Below, piece by piece: positions 46,701 to 63,080 of a DNA stretch of 64,000 nt. The notes beneath the pieces were generated by a model. The model saw nothing but the letters and a program-made list of their open reading frames with translations, did no database searches and had not been told where the DNA came from. Each line of letters begins with the position of its first letter. The first letter of the stretch is position 1. A program made the translations under genes and the position numbers. Source of the DNA: Eledone cirrhosa (taxonomy: Eukaryota); NCBI GenBank assembly GCA_964016885.1, contig OZ024759.1, positions 1,302,001 through 1,366,000 of the forward strand, written 5' to 3'.

Positions 46701-49700
46701 ATGACAAAGTCTATATTAGTAACATGACAGTCTATATTGTACCATGACACAGTCTATATTAGTAACATGACATAGTCTATATTAGTAACATGACAAAGTC
46801 TATATTAGTAACATGACAGTCTATATTGTAACATGACACAGTCTATATTAGTAACATGACACAGTCTATATTAGTAACATGACAGTCTATATTAGTAACA
46901 TGACAAAGTCTATATTAGTAACATGACAAAGTGTATATTAGTAACATGACAAAGTCTATATTAGTAGCATGACACAGTCTATATTAGTAACATGACAAAG
47001 TCTATATTAGTAACATGACACAGTCTATATTAGTAACATGACAAAGTCTATATTAGTAACATGACACAGTCTATATTAGTAACATGACATAGTCTATATT
47101 AGTAACATGACAAAGTCTATATTAGTAGCATGACACAGTCTAAATTAGTAACATGACACAGTCTATATTAGTAACATGACAGTCTATATTAGTTACATGA
47201 CACAGTCTATATTAGTAACATGACAAAGTCTATATTAGTAGTATGACAAAGTCTATATTAGTAACATGACAGTCTATATTAGTAACATGACAAAGTCTAT
47301 ATTAGTAGCATGACAAAGTCTATATTAGTAGCATGACACAGTCTATATTAGTAACATGACACAGTCTATATTAGTAACATGACACAGTCTATATTAGTAA
47401 CATGACAAAGTCTATATTAGTAGCATGACAAAGTCTATATTAGTAACATGACAAAGTCTATATTAGTAACATGACACAGTCTATATTAGTAACATGACAC
47501 AGTCTATATTAGTAACATGACACAGTCTATATTAGTAACATGACAGTCTATATTAGTAACATGACAAAGTCTATATTAGTAACATGACAAAGTCTATATT
47601 AGTAGCATGACAAAGTCTATATTAGTAACATGACACAGTCTATATTAGTAACATGACAAAGTCTATATTAGTAGCATAACAAAGTCTATATTAGTAACAT
47701 GACACAGTCTATATTAGTAACATGACACAGTCTATATTAGTAACATGACACAGTCTATATTAGTAACATGACAGTCTATATTAGTAACATGACAAAGTCT
47801 ATATTAGTAACATGACAAAGTCTATATTAGTAGCATGACAAAGTCTATATTAGTAACATGACACAGTCTATATTAGTAACATGACAAAGTCTATATTAGT
47901 AGCATGACAAAGTCTATATTAGTAACATGACACAGTCTATATTAGTAACATGACAAAGTCTATATTAGTAGCATGACAAAGTCTATATTAGTAACATGAC
48001 AAAGTCTATATTAGTAACATGACACAGTCTATATTAGTAACATGACAGTCTATATTAGTAACATGACAGTCCATATTAGTAGCATGACAAAGTCTATATT
48101 AGTAACATGACAAAGTCTATATTAGTAACATGACACAGTCTATATTAGTAACATGACACAGTCTATATTAGTAACATCATACAGTCTATATTAGTAACAT
48201 GACAAAGTCTATATTAGTAACATGGCAAAGTCTATATTAGTAACATGACACAGTCTATATTAGTAACATGACAAGGCCTATATTAGTAACATGACACAGT
48301 CTATATTAGTAACATGACAAAGTCTATATTAGTAACATGACAGTCTATATTAGTAACATGACAAAGTCTATATTAGTAACATGACAAAGTCTATATTAGT
48401 AACATGACAGTCTATATTAGTAACATGACACAGTCTATATTAGTAACATGACAAAGTCTATATTAGTAACATGACACAGTCTATATTAGTAACATGACAC
48501 AGTCTATATTAGTAACATGACACAGTTTATATTAGTAACATGACAAAGTCTATATTAGTAACATGACAAAGTCTATATTAGTAACATGGCAGTCTATATT
48601 AGTTACATGACAAAGTCTATATTAGTAACATGACACAGTCTATATTAGTAACATGACAAAGACTCTATTAGTAACATGACAAAGTCTATATTAGTAACAT
48701 GACAGTCTATATTAGTAACATGACAAAATCTATATTAGTAACATGACAGTCTATATTAGTAACATGACAAAGTCTATATTAGTAACATGACAGTCTATAT
48801 TGTACCATGACACAGTCTATATTAGTAACATGACACAGTCTATATTAGTAACATGACACAGTTTATATTAGTAACATGACAAAGTCTATATTAGTAACAT
48901 GACAAAGTCTATATTAGTAACATGGCAGTCTATATTAGTAACATGACAAAGTCTATATTAGTAACATGACACTGTCTATATTAGTAACATGACAAAGACT
49001 CTATTAGTAACATGACAAAGTCTATATTAGTAACATGACAGTCTATATTAGTAACATGACAACATCTATATTAGTAACATGACAGTCTATATTAGTAACA
49101 TGACAAAGTCTATATTAGTAACATGACAGTCTATATTGTACCATGACACAGTCTATATTAGTAACATGACATAGTCTATATTAGTAACATGACAAAGTCT
49201 ATATTAGTAACATGACAGTCTATATTGTAACATGACACAGTCTATATTAGTAACATGACACAGTCTATATTAGTATCATGACAGTCTATATTAGTAACAT
49301 GACACAGTCTATATTAGTAACATGACACAGTCTATATTAGTAACATGACAGTCTATATTAGTAGCATGGCAATGTCTATATTAGTAACATGACACAGTCT
49401 ATATTAGTAACAAGACATAGTCTATATTAGTAACATGACATAGTCTATATTAGTAGCATGACAAAGTCTATATTAGTAACATGACAACGTCTATATTAGT
49501 AACATGACACAGTCTATCTTAGTAACATGACAAAGTCTATATTAGTAACATGACACAGTCTATATTAGTAACATGACAAAGTCTATATTAGTAGCATGAC
49601 AAAGTCTATATTAGTAACATGACACAGTCTATATTAGTAACATGACAAAGTCTATATTAGTAACATGACAAAGTCTATATTAGTAACATGACAAAGTCTA

Positions 49701-51300
49701 TATTAGTAACATGACTAAGTCTATATTAGTAACATGACACAGTCTATATTAGTAACATGACAGTCTATATTAGTAGCATGACAAAGTCTATATTAGTAAC
49801 ATGACAAAGTCTATATTAGTAACATGACACAGTCTATATTAGTAACATGACACAGTCTATATTAGTAACATGACAGTCTATATTAGTAACATGACAAAGT
49901 CTATATTAGTAACATGGCAAAGTCTATGTTAGTAACATGACAAAGTCTATATTAGTAACATGACAGTCTATATTAGTAACATGACACATTCTATATTAGT
50001 AACATGACAAAGTCTATATTAGTAGCATGACAAAGTCTATATTAGTAACATGACAGTCTATATTAGTAACATGCCAAAGTCTATATTAGTAGCATGACAA
50101 AGTCTATATTAGTAACATGACACAGTCTATATTAGTAACATGACACAGTCTATATTAGTAACATGACACAGTCTATATTAGTAGCATGACAAAGTCTATA
50201 TTAGTAACATGACAAAGTCTATATTAGTAACATGACAAAGTCTATATTAGTAACATGACATAGTCTATATTAGCAGCATGACAAAGTCTATATTAGTAAC
50301 ATGACAAAGTCTATATTAGTAACATGACAGTCTATATTAGTAACATGACACATTCTATATTAGTAACATGACAAAGTCTATATTAGTAGCATGACAAAGT
50401 CTATATTAGTAACATGACAGTCTATATTAGTAACATGCCAAAGTCTATATTAGTAGCATGACAAAGTCTATATTAGTAACATGACACAGTCTATATTAGT
50501 AACATGACACAGTCTATATTAGTAACATGACACAGTCTATATTAGTAGCATGACAAAGTCTATATTAGTAACATGACAAAGTCTATATTAGTAACATGAC
50601 AAAGTCTATATTAGTAACATGACAAAGTCTATATTAGTAACATGACACAGTGTATATTAGTAATATGACAGTCTATATTAGTAGCATGACAAAGTCTATA
50701 TTAGTAACATGACAAAGTCTATATTAGTAACATGACACAGCCTATATTAGTAACATGACACAGTCTATATTAGTAACATGACACAGTCTATATTAGTAAC
50801 ATGACAAAGTCTATATTAGTAACATGGCAAAGTCTATATTAGTAACATGACAAAGTCTATATTAGTAACATGACATGGTCTATATTAGTAACATGACACA
50901 GTCTATATTAGTAACATGACAAAGTCTATATTAGTAACATGACAGTCTATATTAGTAACATGCCAAAGTCTATATTAGTAGCATGACAAAGTCTATATTA
51001 GTAGCATGACACAGTCTATATTAGTAACATGACATAGTCTATATTAGTAACATGACACAGTCTATATTAGTAGCATGACAAAGTCTATATTAGTAACATG
51101 ACAAAGTCTATATTAGTAACATGAGAAAGTCTATATTAGTAACATGACACAGTCTATATTAGTAACATGACAAAGTCTATATTAGTAACATGACACAGTC
51201 TATATTAGTAACATGACACAGTCTATATTAGTAACATGACACAGTCTATATTAGTAACATGCAAAGTCTATATTAGTAGCATGACAAAGTCTATATTAGT
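36593..51300. repeat. Higher-order tandem triplication, 4,896-bp unit x3, near-identical copies
   Basis: GTTT 36670/41566/46462, AGCATAAC 37881/42777/47673, ATCATAC 38384/43280/48176, GTATC 39481/44377/49273 and ATGCAAAG 41467/46363/51259 are all offset 4,896. Confidence 0.92.
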
Positions 51301-54300
51301 AACATGACAAAGTCTATATTAGTAACATGACACAGTCTATATTAGTAACATGACAAAGTCTATATTAGTAACATGACGGTCTATATTAGTAACATGACAG
51401 TCTATATTAGTAGCATGACAAAGTCTATATTAGTAACATGACACAGTCTATATTAGTAACATGACACAGTCTATATTAGTAACATGACAAAGTCTATATT
51501 AGTAGCATGACAAAGTCTATATTAGTAACATGACACAGTCTATATTAGTAACGTGACAAAGTCTATATTAGTAGCATGACAAAGTCTATATTAGTAACAT
51601 GACAAAGTCTATATTAGTAACATGACACAGTCTATATTAGTAACATGACAGTCTATATTAGTAACATGACAGTCCATATTAGTAGCATGACAAAGTCTAT
51701 ATTAGTAACATGACAAAGTCTATATTAGTAACATGACACAGTCTATATTAGTAACATGACACAGTCTATATTAGTAACATCATACAGTCTATATTAGTAA
51801 CATGACAAAGTCTATATTAGTAACATGGCAAAGTCTATATTAGTAACATGACACAGTCTATATTAGTAACATGACAAGGCCTATATTAGTAACATGACAC
51901 AGTCTATATTAGTAACATGACAAAGTCTATATTAGTAACATGACAGTCTATATTAGTAACATGACAAAGTCTATATTAGTAACATGACAAAGTCTATATT
52001 AGTAACATGACAGTCATTATTAGTAACATGACACAGTCTATATTAGTAACATGACAAAGTCTATATTAGTAACATGACACAGTCTATATTAGTAACATGA
52101 CACAGTCTATATTAGTAACATGACACAGTTTATATTAGTAACATGACAAAGTCTATATTAGTAACATGACAAAGTCTATATTAGTAACATGGCAGTCTAT
52201 ATTAGTTACATGACAAAGTCTATATTAGTAACATGACACAGTCTATATTAGTAACATGACAAAGACTCTATTAGTAACATGACAAAGTCTATATTAGTAA
52301 CATGACAGTCTATATTAGTAACATGACAAAATCTATATTAGTAACATGACAGTCTATATTAGTAACATGACAAAGTCTATATTAGTAACATGACAGTCTA
52401 TATTGTACCATGACACAGTCTATATTAGTAACATGACATAGTCTATATTAGTAACATGACAAAGTCTATATTAGTAACATGACAGTCTATATTGTAACAT
52501 GACACAGTCTATATTAGTAACATGACACAGTCTATATTAGTAACATGACAGTCTATATTAGTAACATGACAAAGTCTATATTAGTAACATGACAAAGTGT
52601 ATATTAGTAACATGACAAAGTCTATATTAGTAGCATGACACAGTCTATATTAGTAACATGACAAAGTCTATATTAGTAACATGACACAGTCTATATTAGT
52701 AACATGACAAAGTCTATATTAGTAACATGACACAGTCTATATTAGTAACATGACATAGTCTATATTAGTAACATGACAAAGTCTATATTAGTAGCATGAC
52801 ACAGTCTAAATTAGTAACATGACACAGTCTATATTAGTAACATGACAGTCTATATTAGTTACATGACACAGTCTATATTAGTAACATGACAAAGTCTATA
52901 TTAGTAGTATGACAAAGTCTATATTAGTAACATGACAGTCTATATTAGTAACATGACAAAGTCTATATTAGTAGCATGACAAAGTCTATATTAGTAGCAT
53001 GACACAGTCTATATTAGTAACATGACACAGTCTATATTAGTAACATGACACAGTCTATATTAGTAACATGACAAAGTCTATATTAGTAGCATGACAAAGT
53101 CTATATTAGTAACATGACAAAGTCTATATTAGTAACATGACACAGTCTATATTAGTAACATGACACAGTCTATATTAGTAACATGACACAGTCTATATTA
53201 GTAACATGACAGTCTATATTAGTAACATGACAAAGTCTATATTAGTAACATGACAAAGTCTATATTAGTAGCATGACAAAGTCTATATTAGTAACATGAC
53301 ACAGTCTATATTAGTAACATGACAAAGTCTATATTAGTAGCATGACAAAGTCTATATTAGTAACATGACACAGTCTATATTAGTAACATGACACAGTCTA
53401 TATTAGTAACATGACACAGTCTATATTAGTAACATGACAGTCTATATTAGTAACATGACAAAGTCTATATTAGTAACATGACAAAGTCTATATTAGTAGC
53501 ATGACAAAGTCTATATTAGTAACATGACACAGTCTATATTAGTAACATGACAAAGTCTATATTAGTAGCATGACAAAGTCTATATTAGTAACATGACACA
53601 GTCTATATTAGTAACATGACAAAGTCTATATTAGTAGCATGACAAAGTCTATATTAGTAACATGACAAAGTCTATATTAGTAACATGACACAGTCTATAT
53701 TAGTAACATGACAGTCTATATTAGTAACATGACAGTCCATATTAGTAGCATGACAAAGTCTATATTAGTAACATGACAAAGTCTATATTAGTAACATGAC
53801 ACAGTCTATATTAGTAACATGACACAGTCTATATTAGTAACATCATACAGTCTATATTAGTAACATGACAAAGTCTATATTAGTAACATGGCAAAGTCTA
53901 TATTAGTAACATGACACAGTCTATATTAGTAACATGACAAGGCCTATATTAGTAACATGACACAGTCTATATTAGTAACATGACAAAGTCTATATTAGTA
54001 ACATGACAGTCTATATTAGTAACATGACAAAGTCTATATTAGTAACATGACAAAGTCTATATTAGTAACATGACAGTCTATATTAGTAACATGACACAGT
54101 CTATATTAGTAACATGACAAAGTCTATATTAGTAACATGACACAGTCTATATTAGTAACATGACACAGTCTATATTAGTAACATGACACAGTTTATATTA
54201 GTAACATGACAAAGTCTATATTAGTAACATGACAAAGTCTATATTAGTAACATGGCAGTCTATATTAGTTACATGACAAAGTCTATATTAGTAACATGAC

Positions 54301-56099
54301 ACAGTCTATATTAGTAACATGACAAAGACTCTATTAGTAACATGACAAAGTCTATATTAGTAACATGACAGTCTATATTAGTAACATGACAAAATCTATA
54401 TTAGTAACATGACAGTCTATATTAGTAACATGACAAAGTCTATATTAGTAACATGACAGTCTATATTGTACCATGACACAGTCTATATTAGTAACATGAC
54501 ACAGTCTATATTAGTAACATGACACAGTTTATATTAGTAACATGACAAAGTCTATATTAGTAACATGACAAAGTCTATATTAGTAACATGGCAGTCTATA
54601 TTAGTAACATGACAAAGTCTATATTAGTAACATGACACTGTCTATATTAGTAACATGACAAAGACTCTATTAGTAACATGACAAAGTCTATATTAGTAAC
54701 ATGACAGTCTATATTAGTAACATGACAACATCTATATTAGTAACATGACAGTCTATATTAGTAACATGACAAAGTCTATATTAGTAACATGACAGTCTAT
54801 ATTGTACCATGACACAGTCTATATTAGTAACATGACATAGTCTATATTAGTAACATGACAAAGTCTATATTAGTAACATGACAGTCTATATTGTAACATG
54901 ACACAGTCTATATTAGTAACATGACACAGTCTATATTAGTAACATGACAGTCTATATTAGTAGCATGACAAAGTCTATATTAGTAACATGACAAAGTCTA
55001 TATTAGTAACATGACACAGTCTATATTAGTAACATGACACAGTCTATATTAGTAACATGACAGTCTATATTAGTAACATGACAAAGTCTATATTAGTAAC
55101 ATGGCAAAGTCTATATTAGTAACATGACAAAGTCTATATTAGTAACATGACAGTCTATATTGTAACATGACACAGTCTATATTAGTAACATGACACAGTC
55201 TATATTAGTAACATGACAGTCTATATTAGTAACATGACACAGTCTATATTAGTAACATGACACAGTCTGTATTAGTAACATGACAGTCTATATTAGTAGC
55301 ATGGCAATGTCTATATTAGTAACATGACACAGTCTATATTAGTAACAAGACATAGTCTATATTAGTAACATGACATAGTCTATATTAGTAGCATGACAAA
55401 GTCTATATTAGTAACATGACAAAGTCTATATTAGTAACATGACACAGTCTATCTTAGTAACATGACAAAGTCTATATTAGTAACATGACACAGTCTATAT
55501 TAGTAACATGACAAAGTCTATATTAGTAGCATGACAAAGTCTATATTAGTAACATGACACAGTCTATATTAGTAACATGACAAAGTCTATATTAGTAACA
55601 TGACAAAGTCTATATTAGTAACATGACAAAGTCTATATTAGTAACATGACTAAGTCTATATTAGTAACATGACACAGTCTATATTAGTAACATGACAGTC
55701 TATATTAGTAGCATGACAAAGTCTATATTAGTAACATGACAAAGTCTATATTAGTAACATGACACAGACTATATTAGTAACATGACACAGTCTATATTAG
55801 TAACATGACAGTCTATATTAGTAACATGACAAAGTCTATATTAGTAACATGGCAAAGTCTATGTTAGTAACATGACAAAGTCTATATTAGTAACATGACA
55901 GTCTATATTAGTAACATGACACATTCTATATTAGTAACATGACAAAGTCTATATTAGTAGCATGACAAAGTCTATATTAGTAACATGACAGTCTATATTA
56001 GTAACATGCCAAAGTCTATATTAGTAGCATGACAAAGTCTATATTAGTAACATGACACAGTCTATATTAGTAACATGACACAGTCTATATTAGTAACAT

Positions 56100-59000
56100 G
56101 ACACAGTCTATATTAGTAGCATGACAAAGTCTATATTAGTAACATGACAAAGTCTATATTAGTAACATGACAAAGTCTATATTAGTAACATGACATAGTC
56201 TATATTAGCAGCATGACAAAGTCTATATTAGTAACATGACAAAGTCTATATTAGTAACATGACAGTCTATATTAGTAACATGACACATTCTATATTAGTA
56301 ACATGACAAAGTCTATATTAGTAGCATGACAAAGTCTATATTAGTAACATGACAGTCTATATTAGTAACATGCCAAAGTCTATATTAGTAGCATGACAAA
56401 GTCTATATTAGTAACATGACACAGTCTATATTAGTAACATGACACAGTCTATATTAGTAACATGACACAGTCTATATTAGTAGCATGACAAAGTCTATAT
56501 TAGTAACATGACAAAGTCTATATTAGTAACATGACAAAGTCTATATTAGTAACATGACAAAGTGTATATTAGTAACATGACACAGTGTATATTAGTAATA
56601 TGACAGTCTATATTAGTAGCATGACAAAGTCTATATTAGTAACATGACAAAGTCTATATTAGTAACATGACACAGTCTATATTAGTAACATGACACAGTC
56701 TATATTAGTAACATGACACAGTCTATATTAGTAACATGACAAAGTCTATATTAGTAACATGGCAAAGTCTATATTAGTAACATGACAAAGTCTATATTAG
56801 TAACATGACATGGTCTATATTAGTAACATGACACAGTCTATATTAGTAACATGACAAAGTCTATATTAGTAACATGACAGTCTATATTAGTAACATGCCA
56901 AAGTCTATATTAGTAGCATGACAAAGTCTATATTAGTAGCATGACACAGTCTATATTAGTAACATGACATAGTCTATATTAGTAACATGACACAGTCTAT
57001 ATTAGTAGCATGACAAAGTCTATATTAGTAACATGACAAAGTCTATATTAGTAACATGAGAAAGTCTATATTAGTAACATGACACAGTCTATATTAGTAA
57101 CATGACAAAGTCTATATTAGTAACATGACACAGTCTATATTAGTAACATGACACAGTCTATATTAGTAACATGACACAGTCTATATTAGTAACATGCAAA
57201 GTCTATATTAGTAGCATGACAAAGTCTATATTAGTAACATGACAAAGTCTATATTAGTAACATGACACAGTCTATATTAGTAACATGACAAAGTCTATAT
57301 TAGTAACATGACGGTCTATATTAGTAACATGACAGTCTATATTAGTAGCATGACAAAGTCTATATTAGTAACATGACACAGTCTATATTAGTAACATGAC
57401 ACAGTCTATATTAGTAACATGACAAAGTCTATATTAGTAGCATGACAAAGTCTATATTAGTAACATGACACAGTCTATATTAGTAACGTGACAAAGTCTA
57501 TATTAGTAGCATGACAAAGTCTATATTAGTAACATGACAAAGTCTATATTAGTAACATGACACAGTCTATATTAGTAACATGACAGTCTATATTAGTAAC
57601 ATGACAGTCCATATTAGTAGCATGACAAAGTCTATATTAGTAACATGACAAAGTCTATATTAGTAACATGACACAGTCTATATTAGTAACATGACAAAGT
57701 CTATATTAGTAACATGACACAGTCTATATTAGTAACATGACAAAGTCTATATTAGTAGCATGACAAAGTCTATATTAGTAACATGACACAGTCTATATTA
57801 GTAACATGACACAGTCTATATTAGTAACATGACACAGTCTATATTAGTAACATGACAGTCTATATTAGTAACATGACAAAGTCTATATTAGTAACATGAC
57901 AAAGTCTATATTAGTAGCATGACAAAGTCTATATTAGTAACATGACACAGTCTATATTAGTAACATGACAAAGTCTATATTAGTAGCATGACAAAGTCTA
58001 TATTAGTAACATGACACAGTCTATATTAGTAACATGACAAAGTCTATATTAGTAGCATGACAAAGTCTATATTAGTAACATGACAAAGTCTATATTAGTA
58101 ACATGACACAGTCTATATTAGTAACATGACAGTCTATATTAGTAACATGACAGTCCATATTAGTAGCATGACAAAGTCTATATTAGTAACATGACAAAGT
58201 CTATATTAGTAACATGACACAGTCTATATTAGTAACATGACACAGTCTATATTAGTAACATCATACAGTCTATATTAGTAACATGACAAAGTCTATATTA
58301 GTAACATGGCAAAGTCTATATTAGTAACATGACACAGTCTATATTAGTAACATGACAAGGCCTATATTAGTAACATGACACAGTCTATATTAGTAACATG
58401 ACAAAGTCTATATTAGTAACATGACAGTCTATATTAGTAACATGACAAAGTCTATATTAGTAACATGACAAAGTCTATATTAGTAACATGACAGTCTATA
58501 TTAGTAACATGACACAGTCTATATTAGTAACATGACAAAGTCTATATTAGTAACATGACACAGTCTATATTAGTAACATGACACAGTCTATATTAGTAAC
58601 ATGACACAGTTTATATTAGTAACATGACAAAGTCTATATTAGTAACATGACAAAGTCTATATTAGTAACATGGCAGTCTATATTAGTTACATGACAAAGT
58701 CTATATTAGTAACATGACACAGTCTATATTAGTAACATGACAAAGACTCTATTAGTAACATGACAAAGTCTATATTAGTAACATGACAGTCTATATTAGT
58801 AACATGACAAAATCTATATTAGTAACATGACAGTCTATATTAGTAACATGACAAAGTCTATATTAGTAACATGACAGTCTATATTGTACCATGACACAGT
58901 CTATATTAGTAACATGACACAGTCTATATTAGTAACATGACACAGTTTATATTAGTAACATGACAAAGTCTATATTAGTAACATGACAAAGTCTATATTA

Positions 59001-62000
59001 GTAACATGGCAGTCTATATTAGTAACATGACAAAGTCTATATTAGTAACATGACACTGTCTATATTAGTAACATGACAAAGACTCTATTAGTAACATGAC
59101 AAAGTCTATATTAGTAACATGACAGTCTATATTAGTAACATGACAACATCTATATTAGTAACATGACAGTCTATATTAGTAACATGACAAAGTCTATATT
59201 AGTAACATGACAGTCTATATTGTACCATGACACAGTCTATATTAGTAACATGACATAGTCTATATTAGTAACATGACAAAGTCTATATTAGTAACATGAC
59301 AGTCTATATTGTAACATGACACAGTCTATATTAGTAACATGACACAGTCTATATTAGTATCATGACAGTCTATATTAGTAACATGACACAGTCTATATTA
59401 GTAACATGACACAGTCTATATTAGTAACATGACAGTCTATATTAGTAGCATGGCAATGTCTATATTAGTAACATGACACAGTCTATATTAGTAACAAGAC
59501 ATAGTCTATATTAGTAACATGACATAGTCTATATTAGTAGCATGACAAAGTCTATATTAGTAACATGACAAAGTCTATATTAGTAACATGACACAGTCTA
59601 TATTAGTAGCATGACAAAGTCTATATTAGTAACATGACAAAGTCTATATTAGTAACATGACAAAGTCTATATTAGTAACATGACATAGTCTATATTAGCA
59701 GCATGACAAAGTCTATATTAGTAACATGACAAAGTCTATATTAGTAACATGACAGTCTATATTAGTAACATGACACATTCTATATTAGTAACATGACAAA
59801 GTCTATATTAGTAGCATGACAAAGTCTATATTAGTAACATGACAGTCTATATTAGTAACATGCCAAAGTCTATATTAGTAGCATGACAAAGTCTATATTA
59901 GTAACATGACACAGTCTATATTAGTAACATGACACAGTCTATATTAGTAACATGACACAGTCTATATTAGTAGCATGACAAAGTCTATATTAGTAACATG
60001 ACAAAGTCTATATTAGTAACATGACAAAGTCTATATTAGTAACATGACAAAGTCTATATTAGTAACATGACACAGTGTATATTAGTAATATGACAGTCTA
60101 TATTAGTAGCATGACAAAGTCTATATTAGTAACATGACAAAGTCTATATTAGTAACATGACACAGTCTATATTAGTAACATGACACAGTCTATATTAGTA
60201 ACATGACACAGTCTATATTAGTAACATGACAAAGTCTATATTAGTAACATGGCAAAGTCTATATTAGTAACATGACAAAGTCTATATTAGTAACATGACA
60301 TGGTCTATATTAGTAACATGACACAGTCTATATTAGTAACATGACAAAGTCTATATTAGTAACATGACAGTCTATATTAGTAACATGCCAAAGTCTATAT
60401 TAGTAGCATGACAAAGTCTATATTAGTAGCATGACACAGTCTATATTAGTAACATGACATAGTCTATATTAGTAACATGACACAGTCTATATTAGTAGCA
60501 TGACAAAGTCTATATTAGTAACATGACAAAGTCTATATTAGTAACATGAGAAAGTCTATATTAGTAACATGACACAGTCTATATTAGTAACATGACAAAG
60601 TCTATATTAGTAACATGACACAGTCTATATTAGTAACATGACACAGTCTATATTAGTAACATGACACAGTCTATATTAGTAACATGCAAAGTCTATATTA
60701 GTAGCATGACAAAGTCTATATTAGTAACATGACAAAGTCTATATTAGTAACATGACACAGTCTATATTAGTAACATGACAAAGTCTATATTAGTAACATG
60801 ACGGTCTATATTAGTAACATGACAGTCTATATTAGTAGCATGACAAAGTCTATATTAGTAACATGACACAGTCTATATTAGTAACATGACACAGTCTATA
60901 TTAGTAACATGACAAAGTCTATATTAGTAGCATGACAAAGTCTATATTAGTAACATGACACAGTCTATATTAGTAACGTGACAAAGTCTATATTAGTAGC
61001 ATGACAAAGTCTATATTAGTAACATGACAAAGTCTATATTAGTAACATGACACAGTCTATATTAGTAACATGACAGTCTATATTAGTAACATGACAGTCC
61101 ATATTAGTAGCATGACAAAGTCTATATTAGTAACATGACAAAGTCTATATTAGTAACATGACACAGTCTATATTAGTAACATGACAAAGTCTATATTAGT
61201 AACATGACACAGTCTATATTAGTAACATGACAAAGTCTATATTAGTAGCATGACAAAGTCTATATTAGTAACATGACACAGTCTATATTAGTAACATGAC
61301 ACAGTCTATATTAGTAACATGACACAGTCTATATTAGTAACATGACAGTCTATATTAGTAACATGACAAAGTCTATATTAGTAACATGACAAAGTCTATA
61401 TTAGTAGCATGACAAAGTCTATATTAGTAACATGACACAGTCTATATTAGTAACATGACAAAGTCTATATTAGTAGCATGACAAAGTCTATATTAGTAAC
61501 ATGACACAGTCTATATTAGTAACATGACAAAGTCTATATTAGTAGCATGACAAAGTCTATATTAGTAACATGACAAAGTCTATATTAGTAACATGACACA
61601 GTCTATATTAGTAACATGACAGTCTATATTAGTAACATGACAGTCCATATTAGTAGCATGACAAAGTCTATATTAGTAACATGACAAAGTCTATATTAGT
61701 AACATGACACAGTCTATATTAGTAACATGACACAGTCTATATTAGTAACATCATACAGTCTATATTAGTAACATGACAAAGTCTATATTAGTAACATGGC
61801 AAAGTCTATATTAGTAACATGACACAGTCTATATTAGTAACATGACAAGGCCTATATTAGTAACATGACACAGTCTATATTAGTAACATGACAAAGTCTA
61901 TATTAGTAACATGACAGTCTATATTAGTAACATGACAAAGTCTATATTAGTAACATGACAAAGTCTATATTAGTAACATGACAGTCTATATTAGTAACAT

Positions 62001-63080
62001 GACACAGTCTATATTAGTAACATGACAAAGTCTATATTAGTAACATGACACAGTCTATATTAGTAACATGACACAGTCTATATTAGTAACATGACACAGT
62101 TTATATTAGTAACATGACAAAGTCTATATTAGTAACATGACAAAGTCTATATTAGTAACATGGCAGTCTATATTAGTTACATGACAAAGTCTATATTAGT
62201 AACATGACACAGTCTATATTAGTAACATGACAAAGACTCTATTAGTAACATGACAAAGTCTATATTAGTAACATGACAGTCTATATTAGTAACATGACAA
62301 AATCTATATTAGTAACATGACAGTCTATATTAGTAACATGACAAAGTCTATATTAGTAACATGACAGTCTATATTGTACCATGACACAGTCTATATTAGT
62401 AACATGACACAGTCTATATTAGTAACATGACACAGTTTATATTAGTAACATGACAAAGTCTATATTAGTAACATGACAAAGTCTATATTAGTAACATGGC
62501 AGTCTATATTAGTAACATGACAAAGTCTATATTAGTAACATGACACTGTCTATATTAGTAACATGACAAAGACTCTATTAGTAACATGACAAAGTCTATA
62601 TTAGTAACATGACAGTCTATATTAGTAACATGACAACATCTATATTAGTAACATGACAGTCTATATTAGTAACATGACAAAGTCTATATTAGTAACATGA
62701 CAGTCTATATTGTACCATGACACAGTCTATATTAGTAACATGACATAGTCTATATTAGTAACATGACAAAGTCTATATTAGTAACATGACAGTCTATATT
62801 GTAACATGACACAGTCTATATTAGTAACATGACACAGTCTATATTAGTATCATGACAGTCTATATTAGTAACATGACACAGTCTATATTAGTAACATGAC
62901 ACAGTCTATATTAGTAACATGACAGTCTATATTAGTAGCATGGCAATGTCTATATTAGTAACATGACACAGTCTATATTTGTAACAAGACATAGTCTATA
63001 TTAGTAACATGACATAGTCTATATTAGTAGCATGACAAAGTCTATATTAGTAACATGACAAAGTCTATATTAGTAACATG
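56100..63080. repeat. Higher-order tandem duplication, 3,490-bp unit x2
   Basis: GCAGC 56208/59698, AACGTG 57485/60975, ATCATAC 58260/61750 and GTATC 59357/62847 are all offset 3,490. Confidence 0.9.
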
